NCBI GenBank assembly: GCA_043228905.1
Contig: JBHGNT010000003.1
Location: forward strand, 22,816,001 to 22,880,000
Origin: Azolla caroliniana
Taxonomy: Eukaryota; Plantae; Polypodiophyta
DNA: 64,000 nucleotides
Direction: 5' to 3'
Shown: in pieces, positions 49,374 to 61,900 of the stretch
How the letters are laid out: the number at the start of each line of letters is the position of its first letter
Numbering within the stretch: position 1 is the first letter of the stretch
Program-made: the position numbers and the translations under genes
The notes under the pieces: model-generated
Database searches by the model: none
Told to the model about the DNA's origin: nothing
What the model saw: the letters and a program-made list of their open reading frames with translations, nothing else

Positions 49374-50492
49374 AACATTTGCCAAATCTAAAGATGTATT
49401 AGGATACATGACATTATCCCCACCAAAGGTAATGCACTATACAATATAAAAGGAGATGCAAAAAGTTACAAGCATAAGGTATTATGATATGTACTAAAAC
49501 AGATACACAAATAGCAGCAAGGTCATCCAACCACTGCATAATACAAACAAGAAACAAGGAAATGTCAAACATGCAAAATAGGAAGTGCCTTACATGATGA
49601 ATCACACAACAACACGACCATATTTCTCAAGGCATATGACCCAGTAATGTAGCATAAAGACCAAACCCAATCACTGAACACTATATATTGACAAGAATAA
49701 ACAAACATTTAAATGAGTCCATTTTGTAGCAAGAAGAGTTTAAAAACCCCAGATGTCAGCATGTACATTGGTATATCACCATTTTGTTAGAGCTCCTCCA
49801 TGGTAGGTATCATGTACCATAGTCAGAACAAATTGTCTTGCCACAATCCAATAGTGATTAGAGAGATTGTAAATGTTCTACCAGATGATCATCAACTTCA
49901 ATATAGCTTGGTATACTTTTGCATTTCAAGTCTTCCGAGCCCACGAATAAATCCATATAGCGAGAGACTACCATAAATTTCACAATTGAATTTTATGTTG
50001 ATATTTTGGTATCACTATTGCAGCACTTGCCTTTTGGATCCTAGTATAAATATATTTTATGAGAGGATCTACCATAACACGATAGAAGTTCATGCTGACT
50101 ATTGATAATAACAAGAAATTCATTTGACTATGCATTTCTCTTCTGGGCCTGGAAATGAATTCCTTTAGTCAGAGACTACAATAAATTTCATAATTGAAGT
50201 TTATGCTGATTGTGGATCATTGACCTACCATGGTATCACTATTGCAGCATTTCTTCTTTTTTGGAACCTACTATAACTTCATTTTGTGAGAAGATCTACC
50301 ATTATGCAATTGAAGTTCACGCTAAAAACGATAATGCAACGGTATAAAACCTAAGGTATTCAACTATGTATCATAATTTACAGATAAATTCCTGCAATTT
50401 CGTGTGAAACAAATTTAACAGAGAAAAGGTCATGCAAGGATGAGGAATCTAAATTCTTTTAACTGCATGTTGACTATGGGTAATCATAAATG

Positions 50493-51015
50493 TTATGCAG
50501 AGTCCAAACTAAATCATAACCCGATTTAGATACCTCAACACAATTTCGACATCTTAATATAATACTTGGCTTGCAAACAGTGCAACTTGTTGAATTCGTA
50601 TGGCAATAGGCCTTGCCATAAATTTTATGCAGAGTCAAAACTAAATCATAATTTGATTTAGATATAACACAATTTCGTCAAATTAACATAATATTCGACT
50701 TGTAAACTGTGCAACTTGTTGAATTCTTATGGCAATAGGCCTTGCCATAAATTTTATACAGAATCAAAACTAAATCATAATCTGATTTAGATACCTCAAC
50801 ACAATTTTGTCATATTAACATAATACTTGGCTTGTAAACTGTGCAATTCGTTGAATTCTTATGGCAATAGGCCTTGCCATAAATTTAATGCAGAGTCAAA
50901 ACCAAATCATAATCTGATTTAGATACCTCAACACAATTTAGTCATAGTAACATAATACTTGGCTTGTAAACAGTGCAACTTGTTGAATTCTTGTGGAAAT
51001 AAGCCTTGCCATAAA
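50493..51015. repeat. Tandem repeat, ~132 bp x4, each unit with two short hairpins
   Basis: Units start near 50493, 50625, 50754 and 50886. Each holds ctaaatc-N7-gatttag and tatggcaa-taggcc-ttgccata, or close variants. Confidence 0.9.
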
Positions 51016-51971
51016 GTATCTGAACCTCCTCTTCCTTCACTTGAGTAAGAGAGTACACAAGACAGAACTATATGGGAGGATCAAGAGACATGATATTACA
51101 GTGAAAATAACTAAAGCCTTTAACAATAAATACAAGCGGATGAAAAGAAGAGCTAGCCAAAATATTTAACAAAGATCAAACGACGCTACATGAAATTCAT
51201 AATTAAATAAAAACTACAATTTTCTGCAATAAAATTTAAACCAGGAAAAAATATTGTGCAAGGAAGAAAAGCCTGTCTACCTGTAAAATACATACATTAT
51301 AATATATATATATATATATATAAATTCCCACACATATACCAAGACAAGAAAAATATAAAAAAAAAGACATTTACCAGAAATTACAAACCTTCTTAAAATA
51401 ACAATAAAAACATTTGATATCATAGTGAGTTTTCTGGTAATAAATCTAGCAGATAAATGTTTGCAGAATAAAGGGAAATAGCAAATCCTCATAAACGATG
51501 ATATTACAGTGAGTTTTCTGGTATGTTTTACAGAATTTCAGCAGAAAAACAGTAAGAAATCTAGCGAGCAAATATTAGCAGAAACTAAGGAACATTTATG
51601 CAAGGATAAATAAACGTTTAGTTTAACCAAAATCGCAGGAAACAAATGAACATAAGAAATTCAACAGACAATATTTCACAGAAAATACGACAGAGCAGAA
51701 GAAGAAAACATTATACAAGGATCAAAACAAGTGTGCAAAAATACAACGAGAAATAAAGAGACAAAGACCTGTAAAAACCTGTTGATAGCACTAGCAATTA
51801 GGTCGTGTTTAGCAAAGAAGACTTTTAGTTTAATGAATAGGGTAGGGACTTAGGGTTAGGGGGGCAAGAACCAAGAAGAAAAATGGAAACAGAACAAGAA
51901 AAACACAGAGAAAGCGGAGAAGAAGGAGAATTTAGAAGCAGAAGGAGACTGTGAGTTGCGGGGGATCGTAC

Positions 51972-52012
51972 CTGGAGACGAAGAAGCTCCGCAAATCGCC
52001 GCTGCAGAGAGG
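51972..52012 (-). other. Putative non-coding first exon of VCS (leader intron ~48452-51971)
   Basis: On the - strand, a GC-richer segment ends in CTCCAG|GTACGA followed by a CT-rich intron start. An acceptor TTACAG| at 48452 lies 54 nt upstream of the ATG. Confidence 0.55.
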
Positions 52013-52039
52013 TAAACCTTCACACATTCGTTTTAGTAT

Positions 52040-52250
52040 TCCATGTATATATACGTACATATGGACGTATATACGAATGTACGTACATACATTACGTATA
52101 TAAGAAATACGTATATATGTATATATATGTGCATACATGTATATGTACATATTAAATGCATGCACGTGTTACCACTGCGTATACAGAACATCTATATATG
52201 TATGTATAAATCTATATACATACATACATACTGCGTGTATTATAAATATC
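52040..52250. repeat. Degenerate (TA/CA/CG)n alternating purine-pyrimidine tract
   Basis: atgtatatatacgtacatatggacgtatatacgaatgtacgtacatac... lies directly upstream of the putative VCS first exon. Confidence 0.75.
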
Positions 52251-52940
52251 CGCATACTTTGTTTGTGGTGGAGTTGGGTGTCTCCTTCTTTTTGTCTCAG
52301 GTGCTTGAGTTCTTCACCAACTCAAAGGGGGGTCCTTCGGGTCGAGCTCCTATGCCTCTCATTGTCCTCCATTGTAAACTTTGTTGTGTTTGGAGTCATC
52401 GAGAGAGTTCTCGAGGCAGGTCATCTATGGGGGGAATTTGAGTTTAAAAAATCGAATGGTTATGCTATGTTCTAATGAGTGTAGTCATCCTTCCATTGTC
52501 TTGAAACCGACCCCTTTGGATTATGTGAGTTTATTTGCAACCCCCCCCCCCCCCCCATTTGCCACTGTGTACTTATAGTTGAGCTTTGTTCATTTTTAGC
52601 CACATGATATATGTATGTGGGAAGCCAACTTAAAGTCAATGGCTACACTTTGCTCCTGAATGATTATACATATGCCCTATTCTTAGATATGGTTGATCTA
52701 CGACTTTGATGTTCCACGATGAAGAAATTCAAACACTTTTGGCCCTTGAAGTATGTGACATAGTGCAATGGCCCAAACCCTTCTTGTTATGTTAAATGGT
52801 ATTTGCCTCAAATATCCTATTATATGATACACTTGTTGATGTGATGCTACGTTTATTCTCTTTCCCTACCAGGTTGGTGCCATGACCTAATCTCAAATGT
52901 TGTTCTCTTGTTATCTACCAATATTGAGAACGAGTCGATG

Positions 52941-53392
52941 TGTTAGAGTTATGATCTAAAATAAGCATATGATAAGGATAAAAGATAGATAGATAGAAAG
53001 GAGAGAGAGAAAGAAGGGTGCCGATCCATCTGACCACCCCCGAGCGAAGGGATTGAGACGGACTCAAGCCTCGATCGGCGTCCCATACCACCGTCGTGGT
53101 GTCGAGTCGTACCTAGTGTTGGCGCGCTCGCTACAAGAGTTGACCCACCATGAAACAAAGTCTTGACGTAGTCAAGATATGATCAAATGAGGGTAGCTAG
53201 GCCTCATATTTATAACGATACCCAAGGCCCCCAGGCAAGTTCACACTTGGCCTAACGGGTTGTCTCAATCCCGAGGATTAAAAGTAATCTTCCCCTTCTT
53301 TACACTCTCATTTAACCGTCACACTTATCCATGTGTATAGAATACTATAGTAACTTCTCACCATGGGATATTATATGGTCGTGCCCGTAACA
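52941..53392 (-). mobile_element. Solo LTR, 452 bp
   Basis: TGTTA...TAACA termini. Flanks CGATG (52936-52940) and TGATG (53393-53397) form a 5-bp TSD with one CpG transition. The TATAAATA box (~53207-53214) and CT-rich tract read on the - strand. Confidence 0.8.
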
Positions 53393-55916
53393 TGATGTGA
53401 AGATATGTGTATTTATCCAATGACCCCATGTAGTAGATGCATAAGTTCTCTATTGCATACCAAGGTTAGGTGATGAAATCATCGATAAGAGAGTGTGTGT
53501 GACTCTAAAGAGATATCTACGAGAGAAAATGTAGAGAACTAGGAATTCTAAATAGAAAACCAATGTGAGGCCTACGTAGTGGGAACATAGTAGAAATTGG
53601 GGTTTATGAAGAAAGGTATACACATAATAGTGAGTGAAATTTTAGGGGGTATTCAAATCAACACTTCATTGATTTTAAGCTCAAACAACAAAGTTACAAG
53701 ATTTTATGCTAGGGACTTTTTTCATGTGCACGAGTTACCCACATGAGATAGAAATGTTATACGCTAATGTAATGTGACAACTTTATGTACCTGTGTTCTA
53801 TTTGAATACAATTCTTCACCCCCCCCCCCCCTAAAACCTAGGCCATACAACCTATGCCAAATGCATCATGAACCACATTGTTGAAACTTGAGATCTATAC
53901 AAAAATGATTCCTTTGGAATTGTACACATGTCTTTAATTTGACAACACCATTGCTTCTCTTATCAAATAAATGGACAATGATAAATAAAAAGGGAACAAC
54001 TCAAATATCAAGATGGAGGATTTTTACAATCATGTTGATCGTAAAAGCAAAGAGAGTCGGCCTTGACTCCTCCAACTATTCATATTGCTTGTGAGTGCGC
54101 ATGAAACACATAGAAATGGGTAAAGAACGATCATGTTGACTATAAAAGCAAATAGAGTTGGCCAATATCACAAAAAATATAGGAATGGGTGAAGAAACTT
54201 TAAAATATATGAAAAGACAAGTGGACGTAAATACGTGAATGTCATTTAATGTCCTTTAAATGCAAGAATCCCTTGTTGTAGCATACATGTAACACAATGC
54301 TTTTTAATCATTGGCCAAGTAGTTTGGGAAATTACTGTCTTCCCTCATTTGGTTTTCTCCTTTGTCCTATCCCTTGTTTGGGTAGGAGTCCACCCATAAT
54401 TCACAAAGTTGTGAACTCCCATTGAAGTGTAAACATTTATTCCTACTTATGTTTAGAATAAAACCTGGGCATAGCAAACATTCCACAGAAGCAAGTATTC
54501 GATGTGGTGATCACCGGTACCTTATGCTTGATGTGGTAATAACTGCGGGCATAAACTACCTTGCCTAACATTTTTATTATGAAAGGACATGTGATATCTA
54601 TGTTGGTTTCTGGATTAGCATTGTGTTCAAGTTCTTTGTTATTATCATTTAATCAAAGTTAAGTTTGTGATGGGAGTAAAAATATGATGTTTACTGGTGG
54701 AAAAAAAGTTCCAATATTTGATGTGAAAAATCATTACTAAAACTAAAAAACGATGAAGCATTGATGATTAAAAGGCAATTATATGTTGATGTGTAAATAT
54801 CATTGTTTATTTTGTTGTTAGAGGTCTGCAAGTAGCATCAATTACCTCATTGCGTAGGACCAATGTTTAGTTGGTTTGAGTACCTAATAGTCTATGGGAT
54901 GAATGTAACCAAAAAACATTGCCTACCCCATTCATCTTTACAAGAGGCCATTGAAGGTTCTTTCGATATGTTCATGGACAGACGAGATATGCATTGGTGT
55001 CATGTGTAATCATGATTACACTTATCGTTTATTGATTAGGTGCTCATCTTTTTAATAATGTAACTTCTAATGTCTTATAATCGAAGTGATATAATTGTTA
55101 GAAATAAAAAGGTACTCATCTTTTTGATAATGTAACTTCTAAGGTCTTATAATCGAAGTTACATAATTGATAAAAATAAAACTCTAAACAATGACGTGTA
55201 ATTACACCATTATGAGTTTACTTAATAAAGTTCTATTCAATGATGCATACCAATACGTGATGCAAAGTTCGACGATTCCAAAATCTAGGTATAAAACGTG
55301 ATAACATATAGTCTCCATAATGGCTTTATTTTTCGTAACTAATGTCACTTGACAAATAACAACATGTAATATCAAGTTGACATTGCCCTACGAAGATTCA
55401 ACAAGGAAAGGACATTGTGATGCCGAAAGACATTTCATCGGCATCCATTCCTTACTATTATTACAAAGAACATGCATGACCATTGACAAGTGGTCGATGC
55501 TTGATAAACCTTGACACGAGCCAATGTTAACAAGTGGAGTTCAATGACTTCATAACAATCATATGAAAGGAAAAAGCTTTGAAATGGCCCCTGACATTTT
55601 CGTAAATTCCATGGCAAGCAGTTATATGTACTCAAATGGAACGATCATACAATTCAATCCATTCCAATTCCAATTGGTCTCGGATGCGTTTGTGGGATGG
55701 GCGGAGAAAGGGCATTTGGGGAATTAGAGAAAGCATAGGGGCATTCAGGAAAATAAGGAGAAACCAAACATTCACTGCAGCTTGAAAGATGCACATAATG
55801 AACAGTGCATTAGAAGAAAATCAAACAGGAAGCTGCAAATAGTTGGATGAGTAATCCTCCATCGGCTCACACGGAAGAGTGGATCTGTTTCAGAGCTGAA
55901 TGAAGTCGAGAGAAAA

Positions 55917-58900
55917 ATGGCGCACAAGAGTGGATCACCCCACAACGTCTCCAGAGATGTTGTTGTCTGCGATAATGGAACAGGAGTAAGAAAATAAAAT
56001 CTATTTAATCTCATTTCAAACCTTATTTTCGATACAAATTAATTAATTTATTAAATAAGTGAATAATTCAATGGCTTTCCCTTTCTTCTTCTTGTTTTTC
56101 TTGATTTAAAGTGCTGGGCAGCCCATTTTAATGGGCAATTTCTGTGCCATTTTTATTGATTTTGTTGATTACAGAAGGTTTTCTTTCCTCTATTTTATGT
56201 TTTGGAATTTGGAAGAAAATTGAAAATAAAACATAGTTAACATATCTTAGTCTTCGCACAATTTTAAAATGCCTATTTCTGTGCCATTCTAGCGGAAATA
56301 TGACTTCAAATCTCATTTTTTTTCATAGATTCATCTTGAATCTTATTATTTACTTGATTTAAAATGTTGAACTTGACTATTTTAATGCCTATTTTTCTGT
56401 GTCATTTTAGATGAGATGAAGTCTGCGTTGAGTTTTTATTTATTTATGCTTTGATCTCATTTCTCTGAGATTGATTTATGATGTTGGGTGTTGCCCATTT
56501 CAGTGTCTTGTTTTATGTCATACCCGCATTTCTATCTGAAAGTTTATTCTAACATTGTTGTCGATTTTAAGAAGAGAAAACTCAATGTAGACTGAGGGTT
56601 TTGAGCATTGTAAGATGTTTGTAATATTGAGAGTTATAAGTTCCTCAGTATGCCTCACATAGTTTTCTGAACAGAGATCCAGGAGTTGAACTGATGGATT
56701 CATGGAGGGAGTTGATGTGAACGATACATATGCACTATGATAATTATGGTTAATATTTTATCATTTGGGCTTCTATGATGAATATGTGTGGATTATATCT
56801 TTAGGAAATGCTCCTAAAAATGTTACATCTTTGGATAATAGATGGGTTCTTGTAAAAAAAATGGTAGACTGCTAGATATTGTGGATGGACACTAGTAGTA
56901 AACAAGTGACAAGCTAGTGTGAAGATGGACATTCATACCCCAGGTATCTGTATGGTTCCTTGTAGGAAATGGGTGAAACGGAAGTGTTAAAACTTAAAAT
57001 GATCACTTCATAAGTGAGGATGTTAGCACTAGCTCCTAATCATACACCATAAATCTACATGGGCATTGATAGCGAATAAGTTGGACCCTTTGTCTGCAAA
57101 ATAATCACCCCCCTAGTATGTGGTTGTTTCTGTTAATGCAAAGTATCTGGTTCACAAAGATGGGAGACAAGCAGCAATGGCCAAGAGGTGACGTGTCCAG
57201 CATTCAACGGGCCGCTGAGATCAAGCAATAGCAGATGCCACATCTGACGGGCTAAAGAAAACAAATGACTGCATAGGAACCACTGAGAGAAGTCTCCAAT
57301 TTTCTTAGACACTTGTACTTATCTAGTTATATTATTTTAATTTGTTATTCTCCAAGATGAGACACCATACAAGGATATCAAGCCTTGTTTGGTCTCATAG
57401 GCTATTTAGACTTCTTAAAATACATCTATATATCTTTCTTTCTCCCTTTGGATATTTTAATAACAGGTTTTCCTATTTCATATACAATCATAATTTTTGT
57501 GTGCCTTTTCCATATGGGATAAACAGTTTGAATCTTTTCTCACCTTCTCTGCTTAGTATAATTTCTTTTTCAACTACAATCAACTTCTTGAAGTCACACC
57601 TGTAGACAACAGCTTCTTACAAACCTACTCACTTTGTGTTTTCTACACCTTACATTCTATGTTAAAAGGATGGGAGGATTCTCTAGTGCATTGTGGGGAG
57701 GCTTTCCTTGTTTCCTTTTTCTTGCGCTGAACATATGGCTGTATCCTGGTAAGTGATACTAATATCTGAACGTGGGCATTTCAAACCACAGACATCTAGA
57801 TGGGGTAAATGGGAGACCAGCCAATGTTAACGCGGTCACATTATTAATGACCATGCGACGACTAGTAGATTAAAGAAAATGTGCTAGTAGACCATGTAAA
57901 CACTGACATTCATACTCCAAACTTCCCTAGTTTTAAAGACATGACTGACCAGTTTTTACAACTGAGATTGGGTACATATTGATATTTCCATATGCTGTCC
58001 ACTTTGGAGAATGATTGGTTGACCAACAATGCTTTATGAATGTGTTAGCATATGCATATGTATTTTATGTCTGCTAGAATTATATAAGTAATAAACAGGT
58101 GAATATAGCCACTTGATAAATGAGTGGGTTAATTCAGGCCGATCTCCTAAATTACTACTACCACTAATTGAGATGAATGAGAAAGTATCACTTAATCGTG
58201 CATTCATAGAAACTATTTTACAACTAAATTATGTTTTCATGATGTTTAAGATTGGGTCCATATTGATGCCATATGCTTCTTCTCTTTGGATATTGGTTGT
58301 TTGTACAAAGGTACTGTGTAAATCCCTTTGTATATATGCATATGTATTTATGTATGTAGCTAATGACAATAATTAAAAAACCTTGATCACTTCCTAGATA
58401 TTAAAAAGTTTTGTGGGTTTAAAAATGTAAATTTGACAAAAATGATCAGAGAGGGCTATTTTTGCAAACGTTCCCAAAGGTTTTCATTTTAGCAAGGGAG
58501 TTATAAATTGTTTATGTTATGTGAAAGAACATGGATACTAATATTCCTAATGCGGATCCACATCACACAGTCAGTTTCAAAATCTATTACTAGTTTTCTG
58601 TTATAATATTGGCTTGCTAACATCCTTTTCTTGTGGTGCTCAGTTTGTAAAATGTGGATTTGCTGGTGAAAATTTTCCTACGGCAGTTTTCCCATGCATG
58701 GTTGGCCGGCCAACATTACGTTTTGAAGAAACAAATACCGAGTACAAGCTTAATGTATGTTATGGTCACAATATTTATTGGATTAGAAAGTCAATGCATT
58801 AATGGTTGAACTCTTTATTGATTGATATGAGTTAGCAAATGTCTTTAGTTTCTAAATATAATATTGAATAAAGGTAATATAGCCACCCATAAAGGGTAAT

Positions 58901-61900
58901 TTGGTATCCATAATTATAATGAAGTTCAAACATGGTTTGCGGTGAATAACAGTGATCATACTACGTCATCATGGTTGAGTTATGATATACATGGGCATGG
59001 GATAAATAAATACAAGATCATCCAGATGTAGGCATAAGATAATATATAAGGATAATGGTGGTGTTACCAATCTTTAATGGTGATCCCCAAAATGATGTTC
59101 TAAGTTGCATTTTCATGCACACAAATTTGAGGCAGCTTGTAATCCACATGCTACACTATGCCCCTCACCATCCACATGGGTTGACTAATGCAACGCCAAA
59201 AGCTCAATTGCAAACCTATAGAATCTTAATTTCTACTTTTACATTTGTCTACTGGGACACTCTACATCTATTAATCCTTCCATAAGTTTTAAAACTTTCC
59301 AGGATGTCATTGTTGGGGAGGCTTGTGCAAAGCTCAGACACCAACTTGAGATTTCTTATCCTATCACCAATGGGATTGTGCAAGATTGGGATGATATGAA
59401 CCTTGTTTGGGATCACATGATCCATGATGTCCTAAAGGTATGCACTCATTATTTTGAGGAAACATCTTTATTATCTTCAAGCTGGAATTTACTTTAATTG
59501 TTATTATGATTCTTTTCCAAAAACATTTTTTGCAAGTCCTTTTTTGATTAGGAGTCTATCACTCTAATGCTAATGATGGGTAAGTTAATGGAAGTGAATA
59601 AAAGAACAAACGCTTCTTGTGCATACATACTGGTATATCCTCACAGCTATGTTTTCATGTTAAGACGGCTTATTGTTTGCAATATGCAAATGCATAAGTT
59701 TACATTGAATGAAATATACAAAAAGCTCAAATAAGGATGTGTTTATGAAAATAGACATACAAACAGCTTTTAAATGGTGCAACTAGATTATATGGCAGGT
59801 AAATGCAAAGTTGAGTTTTTTGGAGACATGGGCTAAGATTGTGTGTTTGCTATACCAAAGCAATAAGTTATCATGTCAGTATGGATCATTGAATAGAGCC
59901 AGCAAATTTAGAAAGACTTGCGATTTACTAAACTAATGAATATTTACATCTTCAGATCGAACCATCTGAATGTAAAATACTGCTATCAGATCCACCTTTG
60001 AATCCTATAAGTAATCGAGAAAAACTGGTATGCAAATTTATTTGAGACAAAACTTTGGGACATTTCAATGCAGCAGTTTGACTCACTTTTTCAAACATCC
60101 AGATTGAGACAATGTTTGAAACACACCAATTTGAAAGTGTCTTCATCCAAGTTCAAGCAGTTCTCACTCTATATGCTCAAGGTATGATGATAATGTATCA
60201 TTTACCACTTTTCAGTTTCACTCCAATTTGTTTTGCTTGAGCAAAGGTGCAATATTACATGACATGCAATGTCACACTTTCAACTTCTGGAAGGGAATGC
60301 TATATCATGCTATAAACATTTACTGTTTTCTCTAGTAAACAATATCAGCATGATATAACATAGCATAAATAAAGAAAGGACATTAATGGTAGAATGATCT
60401 GTCATTCACCACAATATTCATGTGGAATTAACTTGCATAGAGCACTGAGTGAAGCTTTTTGAAACCATTCATGACTTTCAAGTTCCTGAATAAAATCGTG
60501 GATTGTACAATGTGCAAGAAACAATGATGTGGCCATGTTCCATTCTGTAAATGTGCTACCCCCCCCCCCCCCCCCAAAAAAAAAAAAAGAAAAAGAAAAA
60601 GAAAAAGAAAAAGAAAACAAAGAAGAAAAAAACTCCAGCATCACCATTTGAGCAACAAGCCAAAAGCTTTGCCTTTACAATTGTACTTACTATGTGTTAT
60701 CATGTTTGTTGCAGGACTCCTGACAGGTTTGGTCATAGACTCAGGTGAGGGTGTAACACATGTGGTAAGGTCAAACTCTGTGAAGCATTGAATTATACGG
60801 AAACTTTTCTCTTTAATGCAAATGGGAGATCTTGATTCTCTATTTGAAGATTTACAAGTTTTCATTGTTGGACCATTTGGGGAATGCATAGTTCATTTGT
60901 TTTATTTTTTTACTTCATCAATCATGAGGTGTGGGTTCCATCTGGAAGACTACTAGTTATTTATGTAGAATACAGAGAGATGATTATTTCAGTTGGTTCC
61001 ACCATTCGTTTTGGTAGGTTTTATGGTTTTTTTTCTTATGGACATTTTCCTTCATATAACTTCTTAAAAGTGACGTGCCCTTCCATTTGGCATAGATCAC
61101 TAATGACTGCAAAGTTTGTTTTCAGCTGCTCGTGCGATTTTTTATTCTTCAAGTAGTCATATCAAATGTGAGTTGGTGAGCCCTATAAATATGGCCACCA
61201 CTCTTCATTTTGTATCCATGCAGTTTCTTCTCTGCATCACTGGCTCTCATTGCATGTTTTTCAGTATTTTTCCATCAGTCTAGTAGTTCTCTCAAGAGGT
61301 CATCACTCTCCATGCAGTTTCAGCATTATCCTGCAATTTTCTTCATGATTTAGTTGTATTTCCTTTCCATTTTTAGATAATTTCTTGCTTCTGCTAACTC
61401 TTTCATGGTATCAAAGATCAGTCTATATTGGAGGGCTTCCCAAAATTGTATTTGCCTCAAATTTCCTCCTCTTTTGTAGAGTGTGGCTTATATCGATGAA
61501 GGTTTGTTCTTCATGAAACTTAGAGAGCTACTTTGGCCTCAGGAAAACACTATTGATCTAGGAATGTGATTTGGAAACCTTTTTTTCTTTGTTTTATGAT
61601 GGATCTTCATGTAATTTATTTCAACTTTTAGATAAACTGTGTATCATTTCTTCCTTCCGCTACTCTTTCATGGCATCAAAGATCAGTCTACGTTATAGGG
61701 ATTCCAAGATTTTGTTTGCACCAAACTTCTTCTTTTTTAGATCGTGTCTTACATAGGGGAAGATTTGATCTTCACAAATCTTAGGGAGCTACTTTGGCCT
61801 TGGGAAACACTATTTTGATCTAGGAAGTTTATTAGGAAACTTTCTTCTCTTTCTGTTATGATATACCTTCTTGAAATTAATGACATGCTCTGGTTAGGAT

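Noticed and set aside
51838-51865. Telomere-like TTAGGGTTAGGG motifs (also ccctaaaccctaaa at ~35677)
   Set aside because: Only two units each; at most telo-box-like promoter motifs, not an interstitial telomere array.
60551-60748. Poly-Pro/poly-Lys ORF
   Set aside because: Translation of an intronic poly(C) plus A-rich tract.
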